This document shows, in pieces, positions 36,256 to 48,949 of a stretch of 64,000 bases of DNA; the stretch's first letter is position 1, and each line of letters starts with the position of its first letter. The stretch covers positions 30,318,001 through 30,382,000 of the forward strand of contig NC_134474.1 in NCBI RefSeq assembly GCF_964194025.1, in the 5' to 3' direction. Below the pieces are notes generated by a model. That model did no database searches. It was not told where the DNA came from and saw only the letters and a list, made by a program, of their open reading frames with translations. The position numbers and the translations under genes are program-made. Origin of the DNA: Convolutriloba macropyga (lineage: Eukaryota).

Positions 36256-36510
36256 GCCAAAAAGTAACGGGTAAAATAGGGTATGTGAAAAGAATTTTTG
36301 TACCCCGCTAGTTACTCATAACAAAGGTGGAAAAAGTGGAACACCATTAATTTATTTTTACACTTATTTTACCGCATTACATGTTTTTTAAACTCCTCCA
36401 CTCCTTTTATTACAATTACACTCCTACATTCCACTTTTTCCACCCTTATTAGGGGTAGCACTAACGGGGTAAGAATATTTTTTATACTCTTTTCACCGTT
36501 GTTTTTCGGC
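36256..36510. mobile_element. Foldback MITE-like imperfect palindrome
   Basis: Arm pairs GGTGGAAAAAGTGGAA / TTCCACTTTTTCCACC, TACCCCG / CGGGGTA and GCCAAAAAGTAACGG / CCGTTGTTTTTCGGC. Confidence 0.65.
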
Positions 36511-36820
36511 AAAATCCTTGGCCCGGATAGCTTTTTCTGCCAGTTCACAATAGTAATAGGTTTAGGTGATTTCTCCTTTTTTAACCAGTGAATCTATTCC
36601 AAGAAGCGGTTCACCAGTTGAATTTGAAACGTTTCCTTGAGGTATCGAATCTAGCTTTGTTACACATTAACCACTTTATATATAATAGCCGGAGTAGTGC
36701 AGGGTTTCAGAGTCAAATGCTAGACCGGCGAGCTTTCTTGTCGCCTGCACTCCTTTGAACTAGCAAGTTTTTTCTTGGCTTACAAAAATTTCGGCTCCTT
36801 CCTAGCTGGATTGAAAGAAC

Positions 36821-39152
36821 AAACATAGCTGGCAGATTGCCAGAAAATAGCCGCAATAGATTCGTAGATCGGCAGTCTAAAAAAACAGTAAAAAAGACAG
36901 ATCAAAAAAAATTGTCTTTTGATTGAAAGCTTATCTGTTATATTCTGATTAAAAATCTGTATAAGTTATTGCTGCCTCTATTAGCTGATCTCAATTAACC
37001 TTCATTCAGAGTGACACACACCCCTTTGACCTTATCTCTTTGAATTAAAGTAAATAAAAGTCAATTTCAAAGTGAGGAAGTCATTTTTGAGAGTGAGGTA
37101 AGTCAAGTGTGACCAAAAATTTAATCACGCGAATGAACAAAAAACTCGCTCCACTAAAAGCGAAAAATGACGTAACGCATGCAATTCAGTTGAAATTGCA
37201 TGAACGAATGAACAAAAAGTGGCTGTGACGTCATATGGTCGTAACAAAAATCATGACGACGAAATAAAAAAACATAGCCGGAAGAATTCCGAAAGCGACT
37301 CGAAGCACCATAACTTCATAAAAAGCTTAAGTCATTACCTTTTTTATAAAACCATTAACTCATTACCTCCACGGGTCTGATCTAAAAATCGGTGAAATTT
37401 AAACCACTGTCACCAAGAGAAAGAAAATGCATTAAAATTCTATTATCGAAAACGTTTGGTAACGTTAAAAAAGTCTGAAATAAGTAGGATGGTCAAAAAA
37501 CTGATAGCCTGACAAAGCTGACAGGGCCATCAATTGCCCGCAGATAATTAATGATTCTAATCTCAAAAAGATTGCGAAAGCAAACGGCAGATAAAAACTT
37601 TTCAAAAAAGACAGGAAAGTCAAAATTATTCAAAAAAGAGTGCTCGAACTTAAGAATCAGAGAACCACTACAATTAGATTTCTAATCACGGCAATTAAGA
37701 CAAAAATAATACATGATTCTTCCTTGTTGTATATATGCTAGACAACAAGATTTCATACTAATTCAAAAATTAAATTAATCATAGAAAAACAAAAGCAATA
37801 GAATAATATTCAAAGGCAAACAATCGTCTAAAAACAATACCAAGCCCGGAATAAAAATGCAATGAATAGTAATAAGTCGAAATGTTGGAAAAGACTTTCT
37901 AGCTAACTCCCAGTACTGCCTTATTTTGAATTAAATCAATTGCAAACCGAAGAAACCAAGATCTAAGAAAAAGCTGAATTCATTCAATTTTTTAACAACT
38001 GAAAAAATCAATCTAACGAAAACAAAAGTAGGTGCCAGGACAAAACTAGAATGATACAAACGAGAATGTGAAGAATATGGACACAATGTTAGGAGCACCG
38101 TAACAAAAAGACTAATTCTTGATTTTTGAAAGTTAAAAATCAAATTTAAAAAAATCAAGAAAAACGAGTACATTTCATTAATCAGCATTCGGGACATAGA
38201 AAAGACAACGAGTCATTCGAGACAAATAGAGCTTGCTGAACAGATTAAAACAAGAAAAAGCAGAATTCAGACATACGAAACAATGAAACATTTTGCAAAA
38301 AAGTGGTCAAAAAATATTTAAGACTGTATTTATGAAAATAATTTATCTGTTTTTTCAAAAACTTAACACCAAAAAATGATTGATTTTTTATTGAAACGAA
38401 ATTAAAGTCCCTCATGTTCCCCAAAATACTATTTCTAGTAATGAAAAAGCAAAATACAAAAAAAAAACTGAAAAAAATTGCAAAAAACTACGAAAATCGG
38501 ATTAGAAAATGTACAATTTTATGAAACAAAATTACATCGAGGTAGAAAGAGGCATTGAGTATATGAATTATCAAAGGGAAGTTGCCATATTAACTGATTT
38601 TTGACAAAAAAACAGCTAAAAGATCCAAAAATGAAGAAATTAATAGAAAAAAAGCCAAAAATTAACTAAAAAATCAAGAAATATGTGCCAATTTCGCATT
38701 TGAAACGCAATTTCAGGCTATGCAAAATACTGTGCTAACAATTTCCAGGGTTTACATTTCAACATAGCATCGATTAAAAATTATTTGCTACAAAAAACCA
38801 AATTACAAGCAAAAAAACTAGGCCACTTAGACGAAAAAACGGCTAAAAACGGTTATCTATATGTGCCATTCAGTCAAAAACTACTTTTCAATGTCAAAAA
38901 GTCATTCACTAAACGCAGCGCATGATCAAAAAACTTCTCTCGCTCAGAAAAAATTAGTTCACACTGCAATTTTACTCACTTTCGCTTTTAGGTCAAAACA
39001 TCGTCTGAACGAATAGTACTTCCGGTAAAAAAAAAACCTTAAGAAAACCAATACTCCTCTTCGAGTCGTAAAAACCAATACTCCTCTTCGAGTCGTAAAA
39101 AAACCAAGAGAAGGCCAATAATAGCCCCAGCTATCGCTGTGCGGCTATTAAA
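36821..39152 (-). mobile_element. Outer HINE-like Helentron element
   Basis: SubTIR AATAGCCGCA (36846-36855) / TGCGGCTATT (39140-39149). Partial IR AATAGCCCC at the 5' end. 3' stem-loop CTGGCA-GAT-TGCCAG next to AAACATAG. Confidence 0.7.
37270..39103 (-). mobile_element. Inner HINE-like Helentron element nested in the outer one, with a duplicated 27-bp 5' terminus
   Basis: SubTIR CGACTCGAAG (37296-37305) / CTTCGAGTCG (39059-39068 and 39086-39095). Stem-loop CGGAA-GAA-TTCCG next to AAACATAG. Inserted in an A/T run. Confidence 0.7.
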
Positions 39153-39208
39153 CATATAATAAAATTGATTTTAATATTTCAGTCATTCAAAACTCAAGAA
39201 AATAAAAA

Positions 39209-40041
39209 TCAGTCAGCTAAGATTGTTACATCAGGCATGAATGTAGTTGGTTTAATCAAATTCACTGAGGCCTCAGCGGTGAATGCTTTGATTATACTTT
39301 TGACGGATAGAAGAGTTCCCATGAGACCACCGGCAAACCCAATCACCAACATAATAAATATCAGCACTCTAAAAACACACTTTTTAAACAGTGACACGTT
39401 TTTCTTACTACACATCGAAAACTCGCATATCAGTGCGGGTAAAATCAGTGCTAGCGACGAACTAGCAAACGATCCGATCAGTTCTATGAATAGGTTCAAA
39501 TAAGGAATCAAAATAGCAGCCAGAAAGGTGATAGCAACCAGCATCAGCCGGAATAGGTACTCGCTCAGGGTACTGTTAGCATCTGGAAACGTCCGGAATA
39601 GCCACGGAGTTAAAATGCGAATAGGAACTAGAAACTGCAAAGCGTATGTAACGTACATGGCAACTGCAAACGCAATTTTTGCAGCAGAACAGTACCACGT
39701 ATTGGGTAAATTGAGCGATATTGAAGGTTTTATCAAATCACGGTACTTATTGTATCCCAGAAAGCCGAATAAAACACACAGTAAAAACACAAAACTCATT
39801 CCGAAGTTAAGAACTTTCTTGAACTGTTCTGGTTTCTTCATTTTGTTCTCTAAAGGAAGCACAACTCCGATTCCCTCGACTACGTAAATAGCACCTCCAA
39901 AGAAGAGAGGCAAATCCCCGATGGGTTCGAATGCTCTCAATCCTCGTGGATTCGGGATGTCGTCCAGCACCGAGTAAATGATGACACCCAATCCGAAGAA
40001 CAGCAGGATGTTTGCAGTCAGGGAGAACAAGGCAAGGAAAG
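39209..40041 (-). CDS. SLC36A: SLC36/PAT-like proton-coupled amino-acid transporter, exon 5
   Basis: LPLFFGGAIYVVEGIGVVLPLENKMKKP, FGFLGY, SISLNLP, TYALQF and IELIGSFASSSLALILPAL are SLC36 motifs. Acceptor TTTTTTAG|CT (phase 1). Confidence 0.9.
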
Positions 40042-40200
40042 CTAAAAAATAAACAATTTTTCCGTAATAGTAATGTTTGCTGCTGCGTAACTTCTGCTAC
40101 GTAATTTTAATTGATGAGTTTTTTACTTGAAAAACCGTCGAATGAGATACATTAGAAAAAGAATCAACAAGATAAGAATTAATTCACTTGATGAACATAC

Positions 40201-40472
40201 CTAAGTTGCGTATGAGACTAAGCAAGGCGATTGGCAACAAGAACATGCAAATGAGAATGCGGTCGCTGAATGGGTTCTCGATGCCGTAGTCTGTCAAGAC
40301 AGAGTCCACAGTCTGAGCCAGGAACACAAAGTAGGTGGCACAGAAACTCAGTTGCGTGAACACTAGCAGGATGTTGATCAATAGTTTTCCAATGTGACAG
40401 TGATCCCTCATACACGTCAAGGGGCCATGGCGTAACACACTCTCGGCCAGATCGCCGTAGTCCATGTATGAT
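40201..40472 (-). CDS. SLC36A: SLC36-like transporter, exon 4
   Basis: MDYGD, TQLSFCATYFVFLA and LSLIRNL motifs. Acceptor TTTAG|A (phase 2), donor G|GTATGT (phase 1). Confidence 0.85.
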
Positions 40473-41859
40473 CTAAATTTCCATGTTGAGTAATTGAGGA
40501 CCATCCGTAATTGACTCTGTTAATCACCTAGCTGGTACATGTTAATTGTACCACAACTTCTTCATATGCTACAAAATAAGTTATCCGATCGAACCGCACA
40601 TTATTTTGTTCACACTTGCATAAACAGCAAAAGTTTTGTTCATGGGTGATGGGGGATCCCTGAAAATCAATTCTTGCCAGCCTTTGCTAAGGTTTTAACA
40701 TCAATGCTATTTTTACTCTGTCTTCGAAATTGTTTGCCCGAATTTAGGCACTTCATGATAAAAAGTGGAATGATCGGGACATGATCATAGTATAAATAAA
40801 AACTGAAAAATACTATGATTCAACTCTGATCTACTATGTTACAATGATCCAGGGATATAACCACATGGCGGGAAAGGAAAGATTATATGATATCTGTCCA
40901 CGGCTTTGCAAGGTACTATGTGCAAAAAGTCACGAGCATGCAATTTATTTATCAACTTTAGATATAAGATTATTTCTCATCTTATCTATCAGCTCGAGCT
41001 TCAAACTCTTTTTCATTAGAGTGAGATTAGTGCAAGCCTGAAATTTAATTAAACCTTATTCAGACAAAAAAGTGGGTCGTTGTGGAGAATTAGAAGGAGT
41101 GTTATATAATACATCGTAAATAAAATCAAAATTTAAAGCTGGGGATGAAAATAATAGGGATTAAAATTACTTGAAACCTCTCAATCCATCTTATGCTCAC
41201 GCGGTTCTAGGTGTCCTTGCTAAAAATCGCTTAAAAAGTAAAATTGCGGTGAACGCTTTGACTACTTGTAGTGCGGTTTTTGGCACTGAATGCGGTGAAA
41301 GCGTTGAAAACGAAAATTTCTCTGCTTTAAAACCAAATATCTTATGTCAATTCAGCTGTATAAATCCTTGTACGAAATTTTGACGACGATTTTTTTTAAG
41401 ATTTGTGGTTTTCAACGCATATGTTTTCCAGAGAGTGAAGTGCATCTGATTTAATTTCAAAACAAATCTCATAAAACAAAATGACAGATGTTGCAGTGGA
41501 AAAAAGAGTGGTTGACATGCAGGAACCTGTTGACCCGTGCAAAAATTTTTATTTGCTCTGCTAAACAAACGCAAGTCCTGCAGTGAAAACAGTGTATAGT
41601 TTAAAATTCAGCTAAAGTGGCTCGAGGCCTCAGCATCTAAATTCTAACAATTTTTGAACGTAATTCGTAAATAGTGCCTTCCTTTAAGTCAGCCCTCTAG
41701 ACAAATTTAATTCCCTTAATGAGCCACTGCCCACAAAAACTTTCAAAGAAGACCGGCATAAAACTATTCATGACAAAATTCAATTCACACCAGCCAACCT
41801 CAAGTACTTATGCACACTAGTAAAATTACATAAAGACACACCAAAATCGAGATTGGTAC

Positions 41860-41872
41860 TCTCTTTTTCTCT

Positions 41873-41911
<39 letters not shown>

Positions 41912-41941
41912 TTCTTTTTCTCTCTCTCTCTCTCTCTCTCT
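41860..41941. repeat. (CT)n microsatellite
   Basis: Interrupted CT dinucleotide run. Confidence 0.9.
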
Positions 41942-42631
41942 TACCAACAGGCAGTAGCGATTTACTTAAAAGATCTAATTGAAGAGATGGTCTGAAAGAG
42001 AACAAAATGAACCGGTCTTCATACCCGGCAAAAGTAAATATTTGAATATAATCAAGCCCAAGAAATTTCTTAAGTTTATCATAAACGAAAAAGGCCCAAA
42101 AACCAATATTGTTGAAACAAGTTCATCTCCTATTTAGTAATTAACCTCTGGTCAACCTGTTCATTTGAGACAAGGTCAGAAAACCACTACTTATCAAGAT
42201 CAATATTTGCTGAAAAGACTGTCTATAAAGTCTATTTATTTATCCATTATATTTGTTTCTAATTCAATTCAAAACTTCTGAGAAATATTGCAATGTTAGT
42301 ACTTGCTATTTTTTCTGAATTTTCTCAAGTTATCGTAAGTTAGAAATTCCATTCCTACGAACAGTCTCAACGCCCTGTGCACCTGATATAAACAGGATGT
42401 AGGGATAACGTTGATTTGTGATCAGTTATTGCCGATCGTCTGATCACATCATATGGTTGCTTGTCAATCGTTCCATTTGGACACTCAAGTGTTCTTTTAA
42501 CAAGTATCCCTTGTTCATGACGTAAAAAATTGTTTTCGGTTGCTAGTCAACAACCAAATGCATCCAGAGAAACACATCTACTCAAAAGAAAAGCCATTAT
42601 TCTGTTTGATTGATGACCTGGTTAGACTAAC

Positions 42632-42789
42632 CTCTCCTCAACTCTGCACATATGTCGACTTGCGTCAACTAGGAAGTTCATGGCCACTAGTGCAATAACT
42701 GCTAGCAATGACATGAGCAATGGCCCACCCAATATTCCAGCCAGGGAAAAGGCGAATGGGAGAGCCAGCAATCCACAACCAATCATACT
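42632..42789 (-). CDS. SLC36A: SLC36-like transporter, exon 3 (missed by the ORF track): SMIGCGLLALPFAFSLAGILGGPLLMSLLAVIALVAMNFLVDASRHMCRVEE
   Basis: TM1 motif IGxGLLALPFA. Acceptor TTTTAG|AGT (phase 0), donor AG|GTTAGT (phase 2). Confidence 0.85.
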
Positions 42790-43126
42790 CTAAAATCACA
42801 AGGAAGCAACTGTCAGTTTTAACGATGATGATAAACTAGATTGTAATTTGAGAACTTTTCTCGTGCTAAGTCTTATTATGTCGATTTTCTATCTTGATTT
42901 CCATTCAAATGACTGTCGATAATAAATTCATAAGATTTTTTGAGATTTCTGAAAATGCTTATGAACAAATCATCATTTGCAGTCCTCGATTTTTTTTCTT
43001 TTCGTTACTCAGTCAGCCCATACCTATAGTCACTTGGAGTATTTCACTTTACGTTTTTCAGGCCTTGATTAGGTTGCACTTATTTGACAATAGAATTTTT
43101 TAACGAATGCTTAATAATGAACGAAC

Positions 43127-43388
43127 TTTGAGCAGGTGGGCGAGACATTGGTACCATGTGATCAAGTTTTCCCCGGTTCTCTCTTCCCCCAGTATGGACA
43201 CGATACTTCCCCTTGTCAGCACACTTCCAGCAGAGTCTAGCCTCCGCCTGCGAAAACTGGATCGCCTGTCTGTAGGGGGTTCCTGTTCTGGTATCTGAGT
43301 TATGTTGGCGTCTGCTAATTGAGCGTAGGATGAGGGAGTAGGCAACGTTGAGGAGGCCTGGAATTTGTGCTGCGATGTCCACAGGTTT
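43127..43388 (-). CDS. SLC36A: SLC36-like transporter, exon 2
   Basis: Ends ITWYQCLAHLLK, cf. SLC36 TWFQTLIHLLK. Acceptor TAG|A (phase 2), donor AAA|GTTCGT (phase 0). Confidence 0.8.
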
Positions 43389-44021
43389 CTACTCAAATAC
43401 AGTAACAAAATATATCTGGTTATTGCAAGTACAACGATTTCTACCTCAAATCGATCAGTTGGATAACTTAACTCAATTCGATTCTATTTCGCACTGTTGT
43501 TATCTTATCCTACGGATCAAGTTTTTTCATTCAACACGATCAGTCAACATCTTTTGAGTGCCATAGTCTTGTGCTGAAATGATGAATGACGATAAGCGTC
43601 GATTTATTTACATTATTGTAGAACGCGTGAGTGAACAGTTTATCAAAAAACCAAAAGAAGAGAAAAAGAAATGTCTAATCTATATATACGATGATTTAAA
43701 GCCAAGCCAAACTGTATCAGTATTGAGCAACTACTATTGCAATACAGATATGTAGGAACTGATTCAGCGCTCCGATTAAGTCATTTTTGTACACATAGCG
43801 GTCTTTTGTGATTCTTTGCAAAGATTTGTCATACTAAACGCCAGCTACAATTATTGTTGAACACATAGCTTTTATATTTGGTTACACATACTATTGACAC
43901 CAAATATAATTGGTTCCTGTAAAAATTCCACCAAACAATGAACTGAAACTAAGAAGTACGCCAACTGAAGTTTTTGCATTGAAATCTATACGACATAAAC
44001 TCTACAGAGTTGTTTAAATTG

Positions 44022-45061
44022 CAAACATAACTGAACTGTTTTCGAGAATTTTTGACTTCAGGCTGTTTTAAATTCAAAATGAGCTGAAGCTTTCTGTATC
44101 TAGCTGTGAAATGAAATCAGGCGTGGCTCTACTAAATACTTGATTTGTCAAACAAATTTTAAGCCCTCAAAACATTAATATCACAAACACACGAAGTAAC
44201 AACGAATTGTGTTGAACTGTTACGCATTCTCGCTACGAACTCTACACGACATAAATGTCTGCTAACACTCTTAGCACATATTTCGTCTGATGAAATTTTT
44301 GAAAATCGGCCAGCTGGGGATAGTCTGACACCTGAAAATTCTGAGTTTGCAAAGTTCATTGGAGCTATTTTGATTTCTTTAGTGGAGGGTTTCTCCGAAT
44401 TCCGTACTTGTGGGCTGATGGCCATGTATGTTAAAAAATGAAATGAACCAGGTAATGAATTAACATCACAAAACTAATCAAGAGAATAAAGGTTGCCTTT
44501 CAGAATCAAAAGGAGGATTCAGTATCAAAAACGGTTCGCTATCATTGAAGCAACAGTAGTCGAGTTTCTCCTCTGAATTATCAACCGAATTCACTCACAA
44601 AATAACAACATATATGAATTTATTCTTGTTTGTTTCCGCAAAAATCAATCTCTCATCAAAGTATGTTCGTTTTTAAAAAATTTTTTGATCAAAACACAAG
44701 CGCATTATCAAAAACTTTGTTGTCAGAGGCTACTCATAGCTTAACTGCTGATTGTAGGTAATAAATTTGGCTTTAATATTACTTCGTAGCATTTAATCAA
44801 ATAGCAACAAAAAATAGTAATAACAGTAGACTTGTTTGAATCGCAAACATAACTGAACTGTTTTCAAGCCTCTTTGACTTCAGGCTGTTTTAAATTCAAA
44901 AGGAAATAAAACATTTTGTATCTAGCTGTGAATTGAAATCAGGCGTGGCTCTACTAAATACTTGATTTGTCAAACAAATTTTAAGCCCTCAAAACATTAA
45001 TATCACAAACACACGAAGTAACAACGAATTGTGTTGAACTGTTACGTATTCTCGCTACGAA
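44022..45061. repeat. Direct repeat pair of about 220 bp (44022-44240 and 44843-45061)
   Basis: Near-identical blocks GCAAACATAACTGAACTGTTTT...ATTCTCGCTACGAA. Confidence 0.85.
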
Positions 45062-46984
45062 AACATAAACCAACTATTGTCGGAAGAAATGCTCTCGAAC
45101 GACAGGCGGGTGAAAAAATTTTGAACCCAACGGTTATGACTTCCCGCTTCATAATCATTTGGACTGCCCTCTGTGCTATTTGCCCCTTATTTTTGCTATG
45201 CTGCAACCGACCTTAGAATATCAACAAGCTTTTCTTGGGATTGAGAGCAATAGAGATCACTCAAAAATGAAGAACGAAAAGCGTGGAAAAGTCACTTGAG
45301 AAGAAAATGTTCTTGAAGAAAAACGCAAAATGGTCAAGCGAAAAATTTGCATAAAAAAGACCAAAACTATTAAAATGATTGCTATGAACTTTGTTGAAGA
45401 GCAATTAATGAGTTCAAACGTTCTACGGTTACCCTAAAAAAGTGACAATTTTTAAATGAGTAATTTTCTTGATTCCTTTGCCCTAAAAATTTTTGGCTTA
45501 TTTTGACGCAAACTTAATCGTGTTACATATTTTTTGAACTAAACTCCAGACATAAACGAAGCAAAAAGACAAAATTAAGCTTCCATTTAGTAAATTTTGG
45601 TTCTATCAATATTTTAATCAAGAAATTTTGTTTACGGAATTTCCACTTCTGCTTTCACGCAGTTTTGAGAATTGAATTGCGAGCGAATCCGGCGGTGGCA
45701 TCCTCCATTTTAAAGATGTGTTGAATGAAGCTCCAGTACAAGTTCATCATAATACTTGATTTCATGATTTCTGAATTTGTTGATTTACTTTTAACGTCTT
45801 ATGAAGTTGTTTTCATAAATTTGAAACCAAAATGATGGCATCAAAATGTTTCAACTCTTTCTTGACCAAACAGTGCTACAGAAAGCATATGATTTTGTCA
45901 ATTAAAAAGTTAAATAAATCAAAGTGATTACTCACAACATTGGCAGTAATTGATGTTATAAAACTAAATAGTCTAAACCTTAGTTTAAGTTTGAATTATT
46001 TGATGCCCATTCAAAATTAAGAGGCCACATCGAATCTTTGTCAATTTTCCTGTTTGTTCAAAGTGTCGGCTTAAAATGTTCTTATCCCATTTTTATAGTG
46101 CATTTCCCTTCTCTATTTATTAAAAGAACTTTTTATACGCTTTGATTGGGTGGGTACCTATGAAGAAACAACAAGAAGAAAATGGGGATTTGGACAAAAA
46201 TGTTGCGGAAATACATCTAATTGCAACTATAGAAGCTGTTAGAAATTCGATCAAACTATAGTAATAAACTTAAGTAGAAGGGCAAACTGATTCCAATTAC
46301 AAAACTTAAATAGAAGTGGATCGTCAATAAATGGCGCCTAGAATTAATAATCGGTCCAAGCTGATGCATCTAGACAGCTATTATTAGATTGAAATTGTTT
46401 GATGTAAAATATACCCAGCAGATATTGAATGATCATGATACAACCAGAAAAGTGAACGAATTCTTAGAAAAGTGTAATGCATACTAACTAAGGTATCCCC
46501 TGCGACCGGTTTCTAGAAAAATTGCAGACGCAGACCGTATTGGGTAACCCTTGCCACCCCCACTCTAAATCATGGTGCAAAGATTAATTTTATATCTCGA
46601 CTTTCTCGGATTGATGATGGGAAAATAATTATACAGCTGATTTTTTTTAGCCTTTTCAACTTTTTAGCCCTCACTTGAAAAATGTCACTTTCACTGATTC
46701 TTTAGCCTTTTCTTCATCTCCGAAGTCAAACCACTATCTTAATCAAATAATTAGATTTCTCCTGTAAATCTACAATTTCTACTATAAAATATCACTTTCT
46801 TGCCCTCACAGTTTTGAGCAATTAATTTTTCTACTCAGTTAAAAAAAAAACTTTTTATTCCGCTTGCAAAATTCCAGAATCTAACAGGTTACCAAATCAT
46901 AAAAATAATTTCTAAAACAAAAATATTTTGTTGTTGTTTGTCATAATTTTTTTCTGCATTTTTTTCTGCAATAGTTTTCAAAAC

Positions 46985-48630
46985 TGTTATGCATGCTCAG
47001 CCTACGGTGGATCAACAGAGAGTGAAGCTGCTGAACTACACACGAAAGGCACAGGAAAGGCACAATCTGGAGCACGAGATTTGTGGCAATGATGTAGACA
47101 AAGGGACTCTACAAATCAATACCTAGGACGGAGGAGCAACCCAAGGAGTCTGCACCACTTGACAATGGGGCATGCAATGATTAGGAGAAGAACCATCAGC
47201 GGCTGAATGATGCATATGAGCAGGAAGTTGCTGAGATCCAGGAGAAACGAAAAAATGTGTGGTGCCATCTGGCACTGGCTCTAAATGGGTCAACACTCAT
47301 GCTGAAGAGACATGATTGTGTGGGAGATGAGGGCGTCAGAGATAGAGCAAGTGCTCCGAAGCATTTGCAAGAGAGATTTCAGACTGTGAAGACGCCGACA
47401 GTGGGGACTTTGGTGGCAAAGCTTGCTCAACTGCTGCTCGAGGGCTCTGAGTAGTAACAAATTTTCTTAATCAGAGAACAGGGGTTGCTCACAACGCTAC
47501 AAGAAGCAGGGAGGTTGTATTGGAGAGCCTATTCAACTCTTTGATCGTCGTTGGTCTGCCAGTGAGGTATGAAAATTTTGTTTCGAAATAAAACTTGAAC
47601 ATCAACTTCACAGAGTTGAGGAAAAGGCTGCACATTGAAAAGAGATACACAGTGCAGAGATACCAGGGACAAGTGGTTCAGTGACACTGGCAGTGAAGCT
47701 TCATTTCAAAAAGGGATACAATAGAGGAAACTTCTTTGCGTGTGATATCTATGGACACTTTGACCAGGACTGCAGGAGGAAGTAGGCAGCACAATAGAGC
47801 ACGTGTGACGACAAGGGTTACCCAGAGAGGGCAGGCGGGAGACAAAACGATGGAGGCAGACATGAGTCAGTGGCAATGGGTCCAACAACATTGGCTACAC
47901 CATACAAGGAATACTGGGCAGCTTTTACCTATTGGAAGACAGCAGGCATGCCAGTGAACAGTGGTTGTACAGATCACATAGTGACAAACATTGACGCGAT
48001 CCCAAACTTTGTGCCCCTTCAATCAAGGCTCACAAAACGAAAATTGAGGCGCTACCATAGTATTGGGCAGAAGCTGTGTGAGGATTAGCATATCCTCAAA
48101 GAAACGGAAATTCCAATGCAAACTCAAGAATGCTTATGATGTGCCTGACTATTTTTCAGACCTCTTATCTGTATCAAGAAGGTCTGATTAATCTCAACCT
48201 TTTATCAGTCTCAGTCGGAGTGGGGACACAGCTTCACATTCGAGAAAAGAAATAGCTGAATTGAATTCCAGAAGAGAACTCGGATAAAACAACACAAGCA
48301 AATAATTTCTTTTGTTTATCCTGACGTTTTCTAGATTCCCATCGTTAAACGTGACAGTGGTAGGAAGTGTCGCGGACTATTGAGTCATTTGAATCAAGCG
48401 GATATGGACCGGAATGAACTGTACAGGAAAACACGATGCACTGCATCGGGTTGCTAGATGCAGGCACGCTACAGCAAAACACCATACCAGAGATGTCACA
48501 ACAGAACCGATTAGCTGAGAGGTGCACTAGGACACTGCTGGAGATGGTAAGATGCTTGCTCATTGAATTGGGGCTTCTCAAGATAGATGTGGGGAGCAGC
48601 AAAATAAACTGCTTGGTTTCCATTTTTAAA
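46985..48630 (+). mobile_element. Degenerate Ty1/Copia LTR retrotransposon internal region (gag, protease, partial integrase)
   Basis: Gag-like VWCHLALAL...LQERF, protease-like VNSGCTDHI (DSG..H), VPDYFSDLLSVS, and integrase QQNRLAERCTRTLLEMVRCLL, in Copia PR-INT order. Many stops and frameshifts. Confidence 0.8.
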
Positions 48631-48949
48631 TAATCGTGGTTTATCTTGATCTAAAGTTGGTTGATCTTAAGTTTGTTGAAGGTTTCCTATTGCCAATCCT
48701 AATGTTTTCTCCGATCTTCGGTGTTTCTCCCTCAACCACTCAGCTCTCGGTTTTTAATTTCTTCCATTATTGAAGTTGAAATAAGCACAAGTCCCCTCCT
48801 GTTAGATGACTTCTGTAGAATTCTTTAGAAAAGGCTGCCCTCTCGTTGCGTGAGTTCGCTAAGGATTCTGGGCGTATTTCTATTTCATCAAGAGATTGAT
48901 TCAACTCAACACAAGCGTCTAGGAATAATTATCTTTACATTGCGTCCCA

